Positions 51,445 through 60,827 of a stretch of DNA of 64,000 nt are shown in pieces; the stretch's first letter is position 1; every line of letters begins with the position of its first letter. Source of the stretch: an uncultured Alphaproteobacteria bacterium (lineage in GTDB: Bacteria > Pseudomonadota > Alphaproteobacteria > UBA3830 > CAYLKK01); NCBI GenBank assembly GCA_964412505.1, contig CAYPOM010000006.1:9437-73436 (forward strand). The letters are read 5' to 3'. The notes under the pieces were generated by a model. That model made no database searches and was not told where the DNA came from. It saw only the letters and a list, made by a program, of their open reading frames with translations. The translations under genes were made by a program, and so were the position numbers.

Positions 51445-52616
51445 GAAATTGCTAGTCCTAAAGAAATAGATAATGTAAGTAAAGAGCTTCCTCCATATGA
51501 TAAAAATGGAATAGGGATTCCGACTACAGGGACAAGTCCTATAACCATGGATATATTTATAAAAGCATGTAAAAATATCATTATAGCGACTCCCAAACAA
51601 ACATATTTATCAAACCTATTTTTCGCTCTAAAATACATGTATATCAGATAGTAGATTAAAAAAAGAAATAAAATCACTATCAATACAGCTATAAAAAAAC
51701 CTCCCTCTTCTAATATGGCAGTAAATATAAAATCAGTATTTTTTTCTGGAAGAAAATTAAGAGCGGATTGTGAACCTGCTGCATATCCTTTTCCATATAT
51801 TCCACCGGACCCAGCTGCTATTTTAGATTGCAAGATGTGATAACCTGTTCCAAGTGGATCTCTTTCTGGGTCTAGAAAAGTTAGTACTCGTGATTTCTGG
51901 TATGGTCTCAAAGCGAACCATATACATGGCATAGATATTAACACTGAAGCAATTAACATAATTATATATTTTAGAGGGAATCCAGCTGTAAATATTATTG
52001 CAGCTCCTATGCCTAAAAATAACAATGCTGTTCCCAAGTCAGGTTGTTTTGCTATTAATATAACTGGCACCATTAGTATGCAGATTGCTCCAATATGCTC
52101 CTTTAATTTAACTGTATTTATGCTTGATCTTTGATTGTAATATCTTGCTAATGCAATAATTATAGTAAATTTTGCTATTTCCGATGGTTGAAGAGATATT
52201 ATGTATAAATCGATCCATCTTTGTGCTCCTAATTTTGTGGAACCAAAAAAATGCACTATTATTAATACAAAAATTGATGTTATATAAATTGGGTAAGCAA
52301 ATGCTTCAAAGTTTCTTTTATCTAGAGAAGCGACGAAAAATATTATAACTATTGCTGCAGCAATTTTAAATGTGTGCTTTATAAATATAGTATTTAAAGA
52401 TAATCCATTTATCGAAAATTGATACAAACAACTTAGCGCGAATAAAGAAAATAAACAAAAGAATAAAGGCCAAAAAGCAAAAAAAATATCCAATGCTATT
52501 TTTAAAAAATCTCCACATAAATTAGATTGAACAAGATATTTTATTCTTCTGTGGGAAAGCATATCAATATTGCTATTTTTTTTGTTATTTAACTTGATTG
52601 CTTTTTTCATTTTCAT
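51420..52616 (-). CDS. rodA: SEDS-family peptidoglycan glycosyltransferase (RodA/FtsW)
   Basis: 398 aa, 10 TM segments. PSEIAKF, QPDLGTA, TDFIF and PFLSYGGSS motifs. Not in a dcw cluster, hence RodA is preferred. Confidence 0.8.
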   Translation of the reverse strand: MKMKKAIKLNNKKNSNIDMLSHRRIKYLVQSNLCGDFLKIALDIFFAFWPLFFCLFSLFALSCLYQFSINGLSLNTIFIKHTFKIAAAIVIIFFVASLDKRNFEAFAYPIYITSIFVLIIVHFFGSTKLGAQRWIDLYIISLQPSEIAKFTIIIALARYYNQRSSINTVKLKEHIGAICILMVPVILIAKQPDLGTALLFLGIGAAIIFTAGFPLKYIIMLIASVLISMPCIWFALRPYQKSRVLTFLDPERDPLGTGYHILQSKIAAGSGGIYGKGYAAGSQSALNFLPEKNTDFIFTAILEEGGFFIAVLIVILFLFLIYYLIYMYFRAKNRFDKYVCLGVAIMIFLHAFINISMVIGLVPVVGIPIPFLSYGGSSLLTLSISLGLAISCVRRKIA

Positions 52617-52712
52617 AATCTTCTAAAAATCTTTATTCCATAAATGCTTAATAGAATATATATTGCATCTTTTATCATACACAAACAAGTATGTTTTATA
52701 ATTAATCACCAT

Positions 52713-54152
52713 CTAAAAAATATTTAATATTACTGATGTCGCGCAGTTAATGTTGATTGCAGCTATTTCTTTCCCATACTTATCAAAACATCCAGAAAAA
52801 CCATAATTATTAACCCTAATATATGGAATACCATATTCTATTGCCATAGCTCTTGAAATTAAATGATGGTGCTTTGCTTCTTGAGAATTTTTGAACCAAC
52901 CGTCGTTTGTGATGTTTACGACAAAATCTGCGTTTCTGTAATTTACAGGTGGAAATATTGCTTCGTAACAGATTTGCAGTAAAATTTTACATCCATTAAT
53001 TACAAAAATATTTTTAGAGTTTCCTTTTGTAAAAGAGCCAAGTTGGTTTGCTATGCTACTAAACTTAATATACTCTTTTGCCGGTATGTATTCTCCAAAA
53101 GGCAATAAATGTTGCTTGTCATAGTACTCTACATGATCGTTAGAAAAAATTATTGCAGAATTATAATAATTACCATCATTATCTTTTCTAATCGCACCAA
53201 ATATAAAATTATCGCAATTTTTTAGTACAGGTGAAAGTATATCGCGAACATAACGACTATCTTTATCTAAATAAACCCATGGGAATGTCACTTCTGGCCA
53301 AATTTCTAGATCTACATGATCACATCTTTCTTGCGATATCTTTATATACTTTTCTAAATTTTTAACTGCTAAATCCGTATTCTCTTTATCTGATTGCCAA
53401 ATGTTACCTTGTACAATTTTTACTTTAATACTTCTTTTGTTATATTCTTGGTCAAGAGTATTTATGCGTACTAAACCAAATAGTAAAATAAATGAAAAAA
53501 TACATACAGCAATATATAATACATTCCTTTTTTTAGTGCCAATATAAAGAGCAAGTAATACAGTAATTAGGTACGTAAAAAAACTTAATCCATATATAGA
53601 TATCGCAGACGTAATTTGTAATGGTATAATACTTCCAATCCAACAATACCCAATTATATGCCAAGTAAATCCAGTAAATGCATATGAAGCTATAATCTCA
53701 CAAAATACAAAAATCCCTGAACAAATCACAGACAACACAAATTTATTGGATATTATTTTATGCCAGCATAGTCTAGATATAAAAAATGCAGGAACTAATG
53801 AGTAGCATGCCAAATAAATCGGCATAAAAACTACAGAAAATGGCATAAGCCAAAAATACTGATTTATATCAAATGTTAGAGGTGTATATACCCAATATAA
53901 ATTCCCAAGATAAACACAAAAAAAAGCCGCAAATGTTTTTTTATATATTTGCATATTCTTTTTTAAGTCTTCAATAATATATGAAAAAATTACAGATAAG
54001 TTTAGAACAAATAAACAAGCTGTTGCTAAATTTTCTTTCGAAAGAGCAGAAAGAGCAATAAGTAAAATACAGTGACAGTATAAAGCCGCACCGCTTCCTT
54101 TATTTTGATTAAAACAAGACACGAATTGATTAATACATGATAAAATTTCCAT
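52713..54152 (-). CDS. lnt: apolipoprotein N-acyltransferase
   Basis: 479 aa. N-terminal 7-8 TM domain plus a C-terminal nitrilase-fold CN-hydrolase domain (VKIVQGNI..., WPE, ICYE, NITNDGWF). Confidence 0.88.
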   Translation of the reverse strand: MEILSCINQFVSCFNQNKGSGAALYCHCILLIALSALSKENLATACLFVLNLSVIFSYIIEDLKKNMQIYKKTFAAFFCVYLGNLYWVYTPLTFDINQYFWLMPFSVVFMPIYLACYSLVPAFFISRLCWHKIISNKFVLSVICSGIFVFCEIIASYAFTGFTWHIIGYCWIGSIIPLQITSAISIYGLSFFTYLITVLLALYIGTKKRNVLYIAVCIFSFILLFGLVRINTLDQEYNKRSIKVKIVQGNIWQSDKENTDLAVKNLEKYIKISQERCDHVDLEIWPEVTFPWVYLDKDSRYVRDILSPVLKNCDNFIFGAIRKDNDGNYYNSAIIFSNDHVEYYDKQHLLPFGEYIPAKEYIKFSSIANQLGSFTKGNSKNIFVINGCKILLQICYEAIFPPVNYRNADFVVNITNDGWFKNSQEAKHHHLISRAMAIEYGIPYIRVNNYGFSGCFDKYGKEIAAININCATSVILNIF

Positions 54153-54231
54153 ATACTTATGCTGCCTTCTTATGTATCCACAATCCAGCTAAATAGGCGA
54201 GGCAGTTAGCCTCACCTTTGCTTTTTATGCT

Positions 54232-55698
54232 TTATTTTTGAAGTTCTTCTAAAAGAATTTCATTCAATAATTTCGGATTAAGTTTACCCCCAGTTTTCTT
54301 CATGACTTGTCCAACAAAAAATCCGAATAATTTGTCTTTCCCAGATTTATACTCTAAAACCTTATCTGCATTCGTTTCTAGGATTTCTCTAATTTCTTGA
54401 GCTATAACGTTAGCATCAGAAACCTGAACTAATCCTTTTTCTTTCACAACTGATTCTGCATCTTTTCCTGATGTCCACATGTTTTCGAAAACTTCCTTTG
54501 CTATTTTAGAAGAAATCGTGCCATCTAAAATTAGCTTGATTAATCCAGCTAAGTTTTCTGCAGAAATTTTACATTCTACTATTCCTAATCCATCTTTATT
54601 CAAGTAAGAGAAGCATTCTCCTAGGAGCCAGTTGGATATTAATTTTGCAGACTCTTTCGTCCCATCAGAAAAAGAGACAGCCGTGTCATAATATTCTGCT
54701 ATTTCGATTTCTGACGATATAAGTTCAGCGTCATATTTAGGCAATCCTAATTTTTCTTGCAATCTTTCTGATTTTGCATCAGGAAGCTCTGGGATTTCTG
54801 CTTTTATTCGATCTATTCGCTCTTGCGTCAAAATTAGCGCAGGTAAATCAGGATCTGGGAAATACCTGTAATCTTGCGCATCTTCTTTTGAACGCATCAA
54901 ACGTGTCTCGCCTGTAGTACTATCAAATAAGCGAGTTTCTTGTTCAATGGCTCCTCCATTTTCAAGTATTTCTATTTGACGATTTATTTCAAAATTTATT
55001 GCTTGTGCCAAGAACCTAACAGAGTTAACGTTCTTTATTTCAGCTCTTGTTCCGTATGGTGTTCCTGGTCTGTGAATGGAAATATTTACATCAGCTCTCA
55101 TGCTACCTTCTTCCATGTTGCCATCACATGTCTTCAGATACCTAAAAATCGACCTTAATTTTTTTAAGAACAAAGCCGCTTCTTCCGCAGATCTCATATC
55201 CGGATGCGTAACAATTTCCATCAGACCAACGCCTGATCTATTTAAATCAATAAATGATTTTTTAGGGTCTTGGTCATGTACACTTTTACCAGCATCCTGT
55301 TCTATATGAATACGTTCGATTCTTATATCGTGTTTTACGCCATCTTCCGTCTCTACTGTTACCAAACCATCACTAACTATCGGATGTTTAAATTGTGAAA
55401 TTTGATATCCTTGAGGAAGATCTGGATAAAAGTAATTTTTTCTATCAAAGTGTGAAACTAAATTTATTTTAGCATTCAATCCAAGACCAGTTTTAATTGC
55501 TTGATCTACACAAAACTCATTTAAAACAGGTAGAACGCCAGGTAATGCCATATCGACTAATGATACGTTCTTATTTGGATCTGCACCAAATTTTGCAGAA
55601 GCGCTAGAAAATAACTTAGATTCTGAAATAATCTGAGCATGAACTTCAAGTCCTATTACCGCTTCCCATTCGCCAGTAGATGTAATGATATAAGCCAT
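54232..55698 (-). CDS. gatB: Asp/Glu-tRNA amidotransferase subunit B
   Basis: 488 aa. [27 protein letters not shown], and a C-terminal YqeY-like domain. Confidence 0.97.
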   Translation of the reverse strand: MAYIITSTGEWEAVIGLEVHAQIISESKLFSSASAKFGADPNKNVSLVDMALPGVLPVLNEFCVDQAIKTGLGLNAKINLVSHFDRKNYFYPDLPQGYQISQFKHPIVSDGLVTVETEDGVKHDIRIERIHIEQDAGKSVHDQDPKKSFIDLNRSGVGLMEIVTHPDMRSAEEAALFLKKLRSIFRYLKTCDGNMEEGSMRADVNISIHRPGTPYGTRAEIKNVNSVRFLAQAINFEINRQIEILENGGAIEQETRLFDSTTGETRLMRSKEDAQDYRYFPDPDLPALILTQERIDRIKAEIPELPDAKSERLQEKLGLPKYDAELISSEIEIAEYYDTAVSFSDGTKESAKLISNWLLGECFSYLNKDGLGIVECKISAENLAGLIKLILDGTISSKIAKEVFENMWTSGKDAESVVKEKGLVQVSDANVIAQEIREILETNADKVLEYKSGKDKLFGFFVGQVMKKTGGKLNPKLLNEILLEELQK

Positions 55699-55717
55699 TT
55701 TTATCCTCTTAATAATG

Positions 55718-57166
55718 TTAAATACATAAAGATTTAAAATTAGCTGATTTTTCTATAACATAACCAGCTGAAATTAAATCTTTTTCATGGAACTTCTTTG
55801 CTATTAATTGTATCCCTAATGGTAATCCATTTTTATCCAAGCCTGCAGGAATCGAAATTGCTGGCAATCCAGTTATATTTACAGTAACTGTAAATATGTC
55901 GTTTAAGTACATCTGAATAGGATCTTTCGGTTGGCTGTTTATTGAAAACGCACTTCCTGTCGTTGTTGGCATTAATATCAAATCAACTGATTTGAAAATT
56001 TCATCATATTTTTGAGAAATAACCTTTTGTACAGCTTTAGCTTTTGCGTAATATGCGTCGAAATATCCTGAAGATAAAACATACGTCCCTATCATAATTC
56101 TTCTTTTTACTTCCGCACCAAAACCTTCAGTCCTTGTATTTTCATACAATTCATTCAAAGAATTTGCATTTGGACTTCTATATCCATACCTCACACCATC
56201 ATATCTAGCTAAATTTGAAGAAGCTTCTGCTGGTGCTATCACATAGTAAGCTGCCAATGATATGTCGCAATCAGGAATAGAAATTTCTACTAAATCCGCT
56301 CCATTTGCTTTGAGCCATTGCTTTGCTTCTTCTATGTATTTGAGCATACATGGAGACGTACCTTCAAATACTTTATCAGATAAAACTCCGACTTTCATGC
56401 CCTTTATCGAGTTTCCTATATACGATTCAAAATCTTCTTTTTCCAGATTCTTTGATGTTGAATCGTTTGTGTCATACCCTGCGATCGCATTTAAAAACAT
56501 TGCTGCGTCACGTACAGTTTTTGTCATTGGTCCAGCTTGGTCTAGTGACGATGAAAAAGCAACCATGCCATATCTTGAGCATCTTCCATAAGATGGCTTG
56601 AGTCCAACTATCCCGCAAAATGCTGCTGGTTGTCTTATCGACCCTCCTGTATCAGAACCGGTCGCCGCAGCACACAAACCTCCAGCTACAGCAGCAGCAG
56701 AACCACCAGATGACCCTCCAGGAACTAGTGCTTCACTTCTACTCCAAGGATTAACAACTGCTCCGAAATAGCTAGTAGTATTTGAAGAACCCATAGCAAA
56801 TTCGTCCATATTAGTTTTCCCAAGAAAAACACTTCCGCAATCTAGCAATTTCTGAGTAACTGTCGATTCGTATGGGGCTATAAAATTATGCAACATTTTT
56901 GAACCAGCTGTAGTCTTTATGCCTTTTGTTAAAAATAGGTCTTTTATAGCCAAAGGAATACCTTCTAAATACCCTTGTTCATTTTTTGAAATCTTATCGT
57001 CTGAAATTTTCGCTTGGTTTAATGCATAGTCTTGGCAAACAGTTATATATGCATTTAAATTAGAAAACTTTTCTATTCTTTCTAAATAATGTTTTGTTAA
57101 TTCTACAGCTGAAAATTCTTTTTTTAATAAAGCCGACTTAAGTTCGAATATCGACAATTTATTCAT
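55718..57166 (-). CDS. gatA: Glu-tRNA(Gln) amidotransferase subunit A
   Basis: 482 aa amidase signature ([24 protein letters not shown]). Directly upstream of gatB. Confidence 0.97.
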   Translation of the reverse strand: MNKLSIFELKSALLKKEFSAVELTKHYLERIEKFSNLNAYITVCQDYALNQAKISDDKISKNEQGYLEGIPLAIKDLFLTKGIKTTAGSKMLHNFIAPYESTVTQKLLDCGSVFLGKTNMDEFAMGSSNTTSYFGAVVNPWSRSEALVPGGSSGGSAAAVAGGLCAAATGSDTGGSIRQPAAFCGIVGLKPSYGRCSRYGMVAFSSSLDQAGPMTKTVRDAAMFLNAIAGYDTNDSTSKNLEKEDFESYIGNSIKGMKVGVLSDKVFEGTSPCMLKYIEEAKQWLKANGADLVEISIPDCDISLAAYYVIAPAEASSNLARYDGVRYGYRSPNANSLNELYENTRTEGFGAEVKRRIMIGTYVLSSGYFDAYYAKAKAVQKVISQKYDEIFKSVDLILMPTTTGSAFSINSQPKDPIQMYLNDIFTVTVNITGLPAISIPAGLDKNGLPLGIQLIAKKFHEKDLISAGYVIEKSANFKSLCI

Positions 57167-57195
57167 ATTTTCCTCAAATAATTTCTATCTTATAT

Positions 57196-57232
57196 AAAAA
57201 AGAGCGATTCGAACTACGAAGCTCAAATCGCT
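57196..57232 (-). terminator. candidate intrinsic terminator after rpsR
   Basis: The minus strand reads AGCGATT-16 nt-AATCGCT, then C, then TTTTTT. It lies between the rpsR stop (57259) and the gatA start (57166). Confidence 0.4.
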
Positions 57233-57258
57233 ACACTTACCATAAAAGCGTAATTTTG

Positions 57259-57546
57259 TTAGTCTGCTACATATGGAAGCAAAGCTAAAAACCTGGCTCT
57301 TTTAATTGCGATCGCTAATTCTCTCTGATATTTAGCAGATGCCATAGTAACACGATTTGGCATTATCCTTCCGTGTTCAGAAACGTATTTCTGCAAAGTT
57401 CTTGGATCCTTGTAGTCAATCTTTTCTTTACCTTGAGAAAAAGGGCAAATGCGTTTTTTCTCTACTGCGCCACCGAGATTATTTCTCGAATTATTGCGAG
57501 CTCCATCTATCTTATTTAAAGTAACGTTACTTTCAACTTTTTTCAT
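57259..57546 (-). CDS. rpsR: 30S ribosomal protein S18
   Basis: 95 aa. [25 protein letters not shown]...[21 protein letters not shown]. Confidence 0.96.
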   Translation of the reverse strand: MKKVESNVTLNKIDGARNNSRNNLGGAVEKKRICPFSQGKEKIDYKDPRTLQKYVSEHGRIMPNRVTMASAKYQRELAIAIKRARFLALLPYVAD

Positions 57547-57550
57547 AATC

Positions 57551-58024
57551 CTATGCCTCCTCAGCTTCCTGCTTTACATTTAGTTCAGCAGAGCTATCTG
57601 CGTCACCAGTTTCACTGTCTGAAGTATTTATCGCGTTTTTGTTTCTATACCCTGAATCTTTCATCTTAGACTTTGCTATAGCTGAATTACTTTCAGAGAA
57701 AAACTTAGCTTGAGTAATTAAATTTTCTCTAGTTTCAAATGAGTCTACTTTTACGACTAAGAAACGAATGATATCTTCATTCAAACCCATCATTCGCTCT
57801 AATTCTCTGATATGTTTAGACCCAATTTTAATTTGCATTACATAATAATGCCCTTTGTTATTTTTCTTTATAGGATAGCACAAATTTCTTAATCCGCAGT
57901 ACTCGCTTCTTACGACTTCCCCGCCATTCTTTGTAACGAACAAATCAAGCCCAACTACTAGAGCTTCCATTTGCTGTTGCGTTAAGTCTTGACGACCTAT
58001 AATTACATTTTCATACAATTTCAT
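57551..58024 (-). CDS. rpsF: 30S ribosomal protein S6 (with acidic C-terminal extension)
   Basis: [18 protein letters not shown]..., [16 protein letters not shown]. Upstream of rpsR. Confidence 0.93.
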   Translation of the reverse strand: MKLYENVIIGRQDLTQQQMEALVVGLDLFVTKNGGEVVRSEYCGLRNLCYPIKKNNKGHYYVMQIKIGSKHIRELERMMGLNEDIIRFLVVKVDSFETRENLITQAKFFSESNSAIAKSKMKDSGYRNKNAINTSDSETGDADSSAELNVKQEAEEA

Positions 58025-58358
58025 ATTTACAAACCAAAAATAAAAAGAAAGTAAAGCTCTTATGCCTTACATAAAATCCTCTTTATTATAGCATGCATAT
58101 AAATCTTGCGTCAATATTATTGGGATTGACTGTATAAGTTCTATACACTAATTGATATATTGAATATGTACATTAATTTAATGACGCTGTCAAGCTATCT
58201 ATTTCCAAATATATTCTTTTTCCATTAGTTTAAGCAAATGATGATACTAATTGATATCGGCTTAAGTTATATTTTACATCTGATGTATATTAACAAATAC
58301 AATGAGGCTAACAAACGGTCTCAATATACTTGAACTTATACAATACAAACAACTAGCT

Positions 58359-58386
58359 TTACATTCGATATTTATTGAAGTACAAT
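58359..58386 (+). promoter_or_regulatory. candidate promoter for tRNA-Thr
   Basis: TTACAT (58359-58364), a 16-nt spacer, then TACAAT (58381-58386). The tRNA starts 13 nt further on. Confidence 0.35.
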
Positions 58387-58398
58387 TATACATGTAAT

Positions 58399-58474
58399 GC
58401 CGAATTGGCTCAGCTGGTAGAGCGGCTGATTTGTAATCAGTAGGTCGGGGGTTCGAGTCCCTCATTCGGCACCA
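58399..58474 (+). tRNA. tRNA-Thr (UGU)
   Basis: 76 nt. Acceptor GCCGAAT/ATTCGGC, D-arm GCTCAGCTGGTAGAGC, anticodon loop TTTGTAA, T-arm GGGGG-TTCGAGT-CCCTC, encoded CCA. Confidence 0.92.
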
Positions 58475-58655
58475 TCTGAAATTCCAGCAAAAATTAAAGA
58501 CTTTTAGAGTGTATGGGAACTGCGATTTTGAAAATTTATCCAATTGCTGTGTTTTTTAACTTTTCTATATTATCGTAAATTTCTCCTTTCCAAACCTCTA
58601 ATTCACTCAGTAATAACACGCAAAAAACGATTGCTACACATGGTCTTTAACCCAT

Positions 58656-58700
58656 AAAATACTAATAACTTAAAAAACATATAAAACCTCTATTAATACA
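58656..58700 (-). repeat. 45-bp relic copy of the toxin-gene translation-initiation region (copy A)
   Basis: 42/45 identical to 60590-60634. It covers the RBS, the ATG (58680) and the first 8 codons (MFFKLLVF vs MFFRLLVF). It then diverges into a 25-codon ORF ending at 58603. Confidence 0.8.
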
Positions 58701-58712
58701 AGGTAATAATAC

Positions 58713-58745
58713 AAGCTGGGCTTTAAAAAACATCCAGCCCAGCTT
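58713..58745 (-). terminator. GC-rich hairpin immediately after the immunity-like ORF
   Basis: AAGCTGGGCT (58713-58722) pairs with AGCCCAGCTT (58736-58745): a perfect 10-bp stem with a 13-nt loop, 5 nt downstream of the stop at 58751. The trailing U-tract is weak (GTATTATTA). Confidence 0.5.
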
Positions 58746-58750
58746 AAAAG

Positions 58751-59110
58751 TTAGTTACACGCCTCTTCTCCTAATCTTAAATACTCTTCAAGTTCATCAT
58801 CTTCTGATGAGAACTCATATTTATTAATAACATAATCCCACAATCCTGCTTCTTTAATTTCTTCGCGAGTTGCAGGTCTTGCATACGTAGGCAAGTCATA
58901 AATTTTATTTAATCTACAATCGAAAAAAGCTTCTTTTCCAATGTCCAGATGGGTCCTATAACAATCCTGTGCTTGAAATACTACGCCAATATTTGGAATA
59001 TATGATAGAGTAACTTTACAATCTAGCCAATCAAAAAAGCAAACTTCACCATCTGGGGACACGCTTTCGCCATTCGTATAATCAACAATATATGGATTAT
59101 AATTCGTCAT
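58751..59110 (-). CDS. small acidic protein, candidate cognate immunity or antidote to the upstream 505-aa protein
   Basis: ATG at 59110 (MTNYNPYIVDY...) lies inside GATGACGAATTATAA, i.e. a 14-nt overlap with the upstream stop. 119 aa, cytoplasmic-looking, with an acidic C-terminus (SSEDDELEEYLRLGEEA). Confidence 0.55.
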   Translation of the reverse strand: MTNYNPYIVDYTNGESVSPDGEVCFFDWLDCKVTLSYIPNIGVVFQAQDCYRTHLDIGKEAFFDCRLNKIYDLPTYARPATREEIKEAGLWDYVINKYEFSSEDDELEEYLRLGEEACN

Positions 59111-60614
59111 CCCATTTTTCCCCGTGCAATAATGGTCTTCTACTTGACGGATATGCATCCTTTAACCGATTAGTTCCCTTTTCAACTACTATAGTAATAT
59201 AATCACAATTTGTATTCGGAAACACTGGATGAGTACCACCAGTTTTGCTGGCTAAAGATACAGTTCCACCAGAGTATTCATAACCAGCATTTGAAAATGG
59301 AACAACATAATGGTCAAAGCCGCGACCTTTGTAGTCAATTTTTGTTACAGGCTCAATTCCTAGTTCATGAGCTTTTCTCCACGCTAGCTCAATTTTTTGC
59401 TTTGGGGCACCATAAAAAACACCATTCTTTACTTTAGCAGGATTGAACTGAGAATGCTCAATTTCTATATGTTTGTACGCTGGAATTCCATTTGTTCTCG
59501 AACCTACAAAGTCCAAAGGCATAAACTGTTTCACAGATTTACTTTTTTCGCTTGTACCAGTTTGTCCTTTATGCGTTACTGATTTAGAAACATATGTATC
59601 TTTAACTACTCTTCTGCTGAGTAAATTTTGTTGTTTAGAAAGAGCTAAAGCTTTTGAAATAGGTAATTTTTTGGCTATTGCACCAGTAAGCCCATAATTT
59701 GCTACAAAATCTACAAAGAAGTCACATGTTTTGAGGTATGATGCATACAAACTTTTATCTTTTCTAGCAGCGTGCCAAGATAATTCATCTCCACCTTTTT
59801 CTAGTACATTGTTGACTAATGCTTCAATTCCGCTAAACACAGCGCATGTAGCTGCAGCAGCTACTAAAGTTGTTCCTCCGGTTTCAGCTGCACTGGCGAG
59901 GACTACCCTTACGTTATTTAGCAAAATTCCTGTGTAGTAAGTCTCTATTAGAGAAATTATCTTTTGATATTTAGCTGGATTTTCTTCTCTAAATTTTTCT
60001 ATATCGTATCGCAGAAAAGTAGCTCTGCGCATTATCCCATTGATGAGCGGAAAATCCTTTTGATTCCCAACTAAATCTAATTGCCTCTTATCACGCCAAG
60101 AAATTCTTTTCTCGTATTCTTTAGGTATAGATCTATCTTCTTCATATTCATCAAACAAAAGATCATCATATCCATCTTGATCACATTCTATCTTAGCTAA
60201 AGCAAAAAACAGCCATGCATCTATCTCTAGGATTTCTTCATCATTGAAAATACAAGAAATTTCCTGTTTAGTACGCTCTAACGCTTTCCCTGAAAGTCCA
60301 GAACGTGCGTAAGCTTCTACAATCTCATCTTTAATAGGATGAAATCGAATATCATCGTACCAATCTTCTTCTATCCTTGGTTCTACTATTCCATGATACT
60401 CAGGAGTATAATCTAAATATGAGTCAATGTGCTGCTGTTGAAAAGTGCTTTGCGTTTGCTGCTGTAGATTAGGTGTAGCACCAATCGCATAATTAAATTC
60501 CGTAATAAACCTGTCTGCCTTTTGTAAACCTCTCTCAAGTTTGTCAAAAAACTTAGCTCCATCTGCATCAAACGCAAATAAAAATGATAAAAATACTAAT
60601 AACCTAAAAAACAT
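59097..60614 (-). CDS. secreted modular protein, candidate polymorphic-toxin-like effector
   Basis: 505 aa. Signal peptide MFFRLLVFLSFLFAFDA. An acidic region. An Ala/Gly/Thr-rich hydrophobic helix pair with a TG motif (ASAAETGGTTLVAAAATCAVFSGIEAL, aa ~240-267). A Ser/Lys/Thr linker. A distinct C-terminal ~130-aa module (aa ~365-495) with the HIEIEH motif. Confidence 0.55.
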   Translation of the reverse strand: MFFRLLVFLSFLFAFDADGAKFFDKLERGLQKADRFITEFNYAIGATPNLQQQTQSTFQQQHIDSYLDYTPEYHGIVEPRIEEDWYDDIRFHPIKDEIVEAYARSGLSGKALERTKQEISCIFNDEEILEIDAWLFFALAKIECDQDGYDDLLFDEYEEDRSIPKEYEKRISWRDKRQLDLVGNQKDFPLINGIMRRATFLRYDIEKFREENPAKYQKIISLIETYYTGILLNNVRVVLASAAETGGTTLVAAAATCAVFSGIEALVNNVLEKGGDELSWHAARKDKSLYASYLKTCDFFVDFVANYGLTGAIAKKLPISKALALSKQQNLLSRRVVKDTYVSKSVTHKGQTGTSEKSKSVKQFMPLDFVGSRTNGIPAYKHIEIEHSQFNPAKVKNGVFYGAPKQKIELAWRKAHELGIEPVTKIDYKGRGFDHYVVPFSNAGYEYSGGTVSLASKTGGTHPVFPNTNCDYITIVVEKGTNRLKDAYPSSRRPLLHGEKWDDEL

Positions 60615-60634
60615 ATAAAACCTCTATCTATACA
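60590..60634 (-). repeat. 45-bp translation-initiation region of the toxin-like gene (copy B, functional copy)
   Basis: AAAATACTAATAACCTAAAAAACATATAAAACCTCTATCTATACA. See copy A at 58656-58700. Confidence 0.8.
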
Positions 60635-60827
60635 ACATGACTATAGACTATGCCCATAGTTAGCGTAATTCAACAGAAACTTCATTATAACGATAAAAAT
60701 GTAAAAATTGTGTTGATAAATGGCAACAATAAAAACAGCATATACTTGATTTTATAATATCTTATATTTTAAGCAATTTTACGATAATTATGATAAACTA
60801 TTTTGTATTTAAGTATATAGGAACATA

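Noticed and set aside
51445-51600. N-terminal 52-aa extension of the beta-lactamase-family ORF
   Set aside because: It lies wholly inside the rodA coding sequence in another frame. An internal ATG at 51444 gives a sensible membrane anchor and a modest 25-nt overlap.
58274-58543. 89-aa minus-strand ORF
   Set aside because: It overlaps tRNA-Thr (58399..58474) on the opposite strand. It has no RBS and a low-complexity, implausible sequence.
59097-59114. C-terminal ...KWDDEL of the toxin-like protein as a KDEL-type ER-retrieval signal
   Set aside because: The canonical pattern requires K/R/H/Q/S/A at position -4. Asp there does not fit, and these codons also double as the overlap with the downstream start, so the sequence is otherwise constrained.
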